Positions 26,301 through 27,163 of a stretch of 27,163 bases of DNA are shown here, piece after piece. Below the pieces are notes generated by a model. That model did no database searches. It worked only from the letters and a program-made list of their open reading frames with translations, and was not told the DNA's origin. The stretch's first letter is position 1. Each line of letters begins with the position of its first letter. This DNA comes from Candidatus Woesearchaeota archaeon (GTDB lineage: Archaea; Nanobdellota; Nanobdellia; Pacearchaeales; GW2011-AR1), in NCBI GenBank assembly GCA_964517885.1, contig CAZFCT010000001.1, positions 1 through 27,163 on the forward strand. Reading direction: 5' to 3'. The translations under genes were made by a program, and so were the position numbers.

Positions 26301-26979
26301 AGAAGAAAGTGTTGATACAAATATGGCTGCAAGAATTCTTTCTGAAGCAAAGGAATTTCTTGGTAGTGAATTAGGTGGTGTTGGTTTTTTAAGAAGAATT
26401 TTATATTCTGGTTTAGATATAAAAGGAATTTCTAGTTCGAGTATGGATGGTGTGGGTGTTGCTTCAACTTATAATTTAAATGAATTAATGTCTGAACTTG
26501 ATTCTAATTTAAATTTTGAATTAGTTAATACTGGAATTCTTCAGCCAGGAGATATTGTATTTTTAGGAAAGGGTTGTACTCTTCCTTATTCTGTTGGCGT
26601 TTTTGATTATTCTGATGAAGATAAATCTTATTATTATGCTTCTTCAAATGTTAATACTTTAAGTGAAGTTAAGCGAATGCAAACGAAGGAAATTTTTTCT
26701 CTTGATTCAGGAATTTATATTTACAAAGCGTATAGATATAAGGGAGGGAAATCTAGTTCTAGAAATCCTTGGTATTTGAATTCTGCTATTACAGAGATTG
26801 GAGATTTGACTGGGAAATATAATGATAATAAGCAGTTTGTTGATGAATTAATTTTTGATAATTTATTTAGCGAAACAGAATGTAAAAAAATTACGCCTAC
26901 AACTGTTCTTGGAATTAATTTTGGTGGTGGCATGAAAATTAGTGATATTCATAATTTATTATTAGCAAAACAATTATAG
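20341..26979 (+). CDS. Giant (2212 aa) secreted Cys-rich surface protein with two C-terminal NlpC/P60-like domains
   Basis: Signal peptide MKLFGFLFLFGILFLGFVSA. Cys clusters such as CQDFMSPDECLLLFNVCDPVLCPSSRC. Internal hydrophobic segments. C1796 (HCFDAAYQVY), GDL at 1886-1888, H1899 (GHNAIFIG). Second ILSEAKEFLGS...LQPGDIVF module. ATGA-coupled to the upstream gene. Confidence 0.8.
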   Translation: MIKKMKLFGFLFLFGILFLGFVSAWTSSTPQLSQYGISTSSNIETSCGEGTDFIVQIEPFGCTPAVVRQDLIEENDVPVFCKLAVTKVNPLVNINFIDSVSITGELSPYVSGVAFYPARAALDTDTQLTSSVLENIGYVVINLKKQENVSALENCRDASFLGFPVGEFCVIEGNLTAYLEYDVNEALGFGNAVFYIPELDEEEWEINKDLYQFWGRRGYLKIDSVDVDEATISLYGDNKKISGVTLKKGETSDIIPVPNIACGAGVRLKLVDVENPDTRAQLSISGEIIEVGVGEKFLDNKCVVREIDKKGFSHLVKIKCTEDDKTNTFDLRVSPKLSLNINGVESEVGIGDFLYNDGENAIYLGYAGTKYNSNKIDDLFIYFVSMPKSVGTKLSESDLSSIDFVVGDLIESKQEGSGIIDSVSDALKGIAGASNRLSRLLAYKQKLFRIDFGDSKNVFGTDVFIVNYAGSVDGELFSDYEEHYEKAMTSYDEIINKYSSEIYFGDFSYGEEALSSEIELAYFVNQKRVAAELCEQFKINYPDALIPVPCRLVYKLSSDNSDMTSVLINKKIKTISLEGIYEPTFEEYGVSVTVLDKFGKIHSYNLIKDKVVYLQNDGGDYLQLISATENSAKIKTSISTAGVMDAIKKEFGSDTITIEKDIPKDFADSSITLNEINLKKVAKVSLTSNINDAGTKANFSFQIGIEKRAISLSTNQIENIIEDLNDTIESFEEISDNLGIVVDGLQKTCLATGAILVTKNFISGLGGAGIARQYVMRGAEGWFEKCAGLVDNDEYISIDKCLSDNSEQINKDVESMTKIVDEQNKKIKELQEQSSTTQFLLEQVVNDDSFMKGYSEQVNNKVSQNLDIPDVITDPSGKGDSINKEDILQILDYSGWENNYYSVEDLRNIELYSAVLNDNSASSELKKIAYSELYSELSDIKSNSNYYLERQTISSSLNNVNPSQINSLSSGERTTKLEYQGLTVTNLGKQIPNESSNSPIAIVQTLSGKYSGKKYVIVLDSSGGSSKLPIKNLDGKLAIYDYHSLSLVETNDYPPELLNIYFEKYDSSNYQNPYKNEKLRYYETEPYKGLPAVVPFDLDEGWYAATKQTLPVAGNIRAYDASGKVNSFYLCNVGSNGLEEFSSSSYGDDECILINTGTGQPFSQVPGLSESNAKKFVDCALDAIQQAANAYPATGQVQINTNCGGRIRVSVGEPAVDVPDFACQDFMSPDECLLLFNVCDPVLCPSSRCDFGGSYPVSNVAQTGIIGSLVLCLPNAQEGILIPICLTGVKAGVDSFLSVLTSYRGCLQESLDTGKMAGICDEMYSIYICDFFWEQALPLADIVIPKLIEVMLGQNVRGGGEYLTVQNALENSDKALSYFSNYYGTNIKEAFTLRTKEVIQNEVCKNFVSGVAPSGADLIDSLTTADSPTQFYGKFEENTLTTATVPAISHYKVFYHIYAGENLGAYYKVYLKGNPETSYYQDTSSVLTVASGYVNAGGYATESKDITGTSGYQQLCISVNDQEECGFKSVTTEFAINYAKDEYLSNQAETTKITTQKECISGTTSLYNLLNLNVQEGVESAIDPAIYTQGITRVCATSNPGKNSDTNYDTDNARWVDVGYCDDKNMKCWIDTESVKEVIKTVSVEENTLENLTETTISTLQKEGIYLSESEFNSKVKEIESEEEYGNKILLIEGIFDKSPWSYQKAKLLLLKGDTYFSILRSLIVENKVTSSDITSQGENIPSSEETVETVETTQTYQSAIENVEVNSLSDLQKVVLESTQNLEGKSASRDVYEHCFDAAYQVYRNAKSDYPDLNIKSFCVYSDEEKKSYTIANEKCLKKPCSSDTVSTTIHLSGQPFPYFAVYKNCEKVGTKLSEKDKLSQLQTGDLISYVFRNDSGHNAIFIGWADEENNIASLFDWNGYSNNGPVFRYYKEDLSDDKHPVYVFWRVKSSNKEEFPTEAIIDYLPKDTQEEIYKLDSPTTIVNKEEESVDTNMAARILSEAKEFLGSELGGVGFLRRILYSGLDIKGISSSSMDGVGVASTYNLNELMSELDSNLNFELVNTGILQPGDIVFLGKGCTLPYSVGVFDYSDEDKSYYYASSNVNTLSEVKRMQTKEIFSLDSGIYIYKAYRYKGGKSSSRNPWYLNSAITEIGDLTGKYNDNKQFVDELIFDNLFSETECKKITPTTVLGINFGGGMKISDIHNLLLAKQL

Positions 26980-27048
26980 AAATAATTCTAAAACTTTTTA
27001 TAGGCATAATCAATTATATTTTATATTCATAATTTATATTTTTATTAT

Positions 27049-27132
27049 GCGGAATTGCCGGAGTGGTCAAACGGGACAGACTCAAAATCTGTTGGCTCAG
27101 TGCCTACAAAGGTTCGAATCCTTTATTCCGCA
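27049..27132 (+). tRNA. trnL: tRNA-Leu(CAA)
   Basis: GCGGAAT/ATTCCGC acceptor, anticodon arm ACAGA-CT-CAA-AA-TCTGT, long variable arm, AAAGG-TTCGAAT-CCTTT, A73. Confidence 0.97.
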
Positions 27133-27163
27133 TTTCTAGAAATAAATAACTCGGGATAACCTT

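Noticed and set aside
1230-26933. Numerous 60-137 aa ORFs overlapping longer genes (e.g. 1230-1433, 1997-2212, 3839-4075, 5718-5930, 6215-6508, 9739-10032, 14790-15047, 16991-17332, 20994-21407, 23846-24148, 26721-26933)
   Set aside because: They are frame or antisense shadows of well-supported genes, with biased composition and no motifs or promoters.
27133-27163. Possible third tRNA-associated element after tRNA-Leu (palindrome atttctagaaat; aactcg resembling the core end)
   Set aside because: Only 31 nt are visible. There is no GAAYGAARTGA loop, and aactcg is in the wrong orientation relative to the tRNA. It cannot be assessed without downstream sequence.

Overview
AT-rich archaeal chromosomal window, most consistent with a DPANN lineage (Pacearchaeota/Woesearchaeota-like). 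This is inferred from archaeal eS1, eL42, GINS and ApgM, leaderless BRE/TATA promoters, tRNAs without encoded CCA, and RRGQ-type class III signal peptides. Layout: (1) two secreted surface proteins, a tail-fibre/PilV-like protein with a C-terminal S74 chaperone and a Cys-rich TSP1-like protein; (2) a ~11 kb glycosylation locus with a Wzm/Wzt ABC exporter, two GT-C-like membrane proteins, a DPM-synthase-like GT2, two more GT2 and two GT4; (3) housekeeping genes ftsY, apgM, gins, rps3ae and rpl44e with tRNA-Thr and tRNA-Val; (4) an unannotated 42-aa RHH gene, a 621-aa pilin-like protein and a 2212-aa giant surface protein ending in tandem NlpC/P60-like domains, then tRNA-Leu. The most striking unexplained structure is a pair of homologous 110-130 bp non-coding elements, one directly 3' of tRNA-Thr and one 3' of tRNA-Val. 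Each has a covarying hairpin with loop GAAYGAARTGA, sense and antisense copies of its own tRNA's T-arm, a shared 54-nt structured core (46/54 identical), and a duplicated tRNA 3' end. All domain assignments come from motif recognition by eye; no database search was run.
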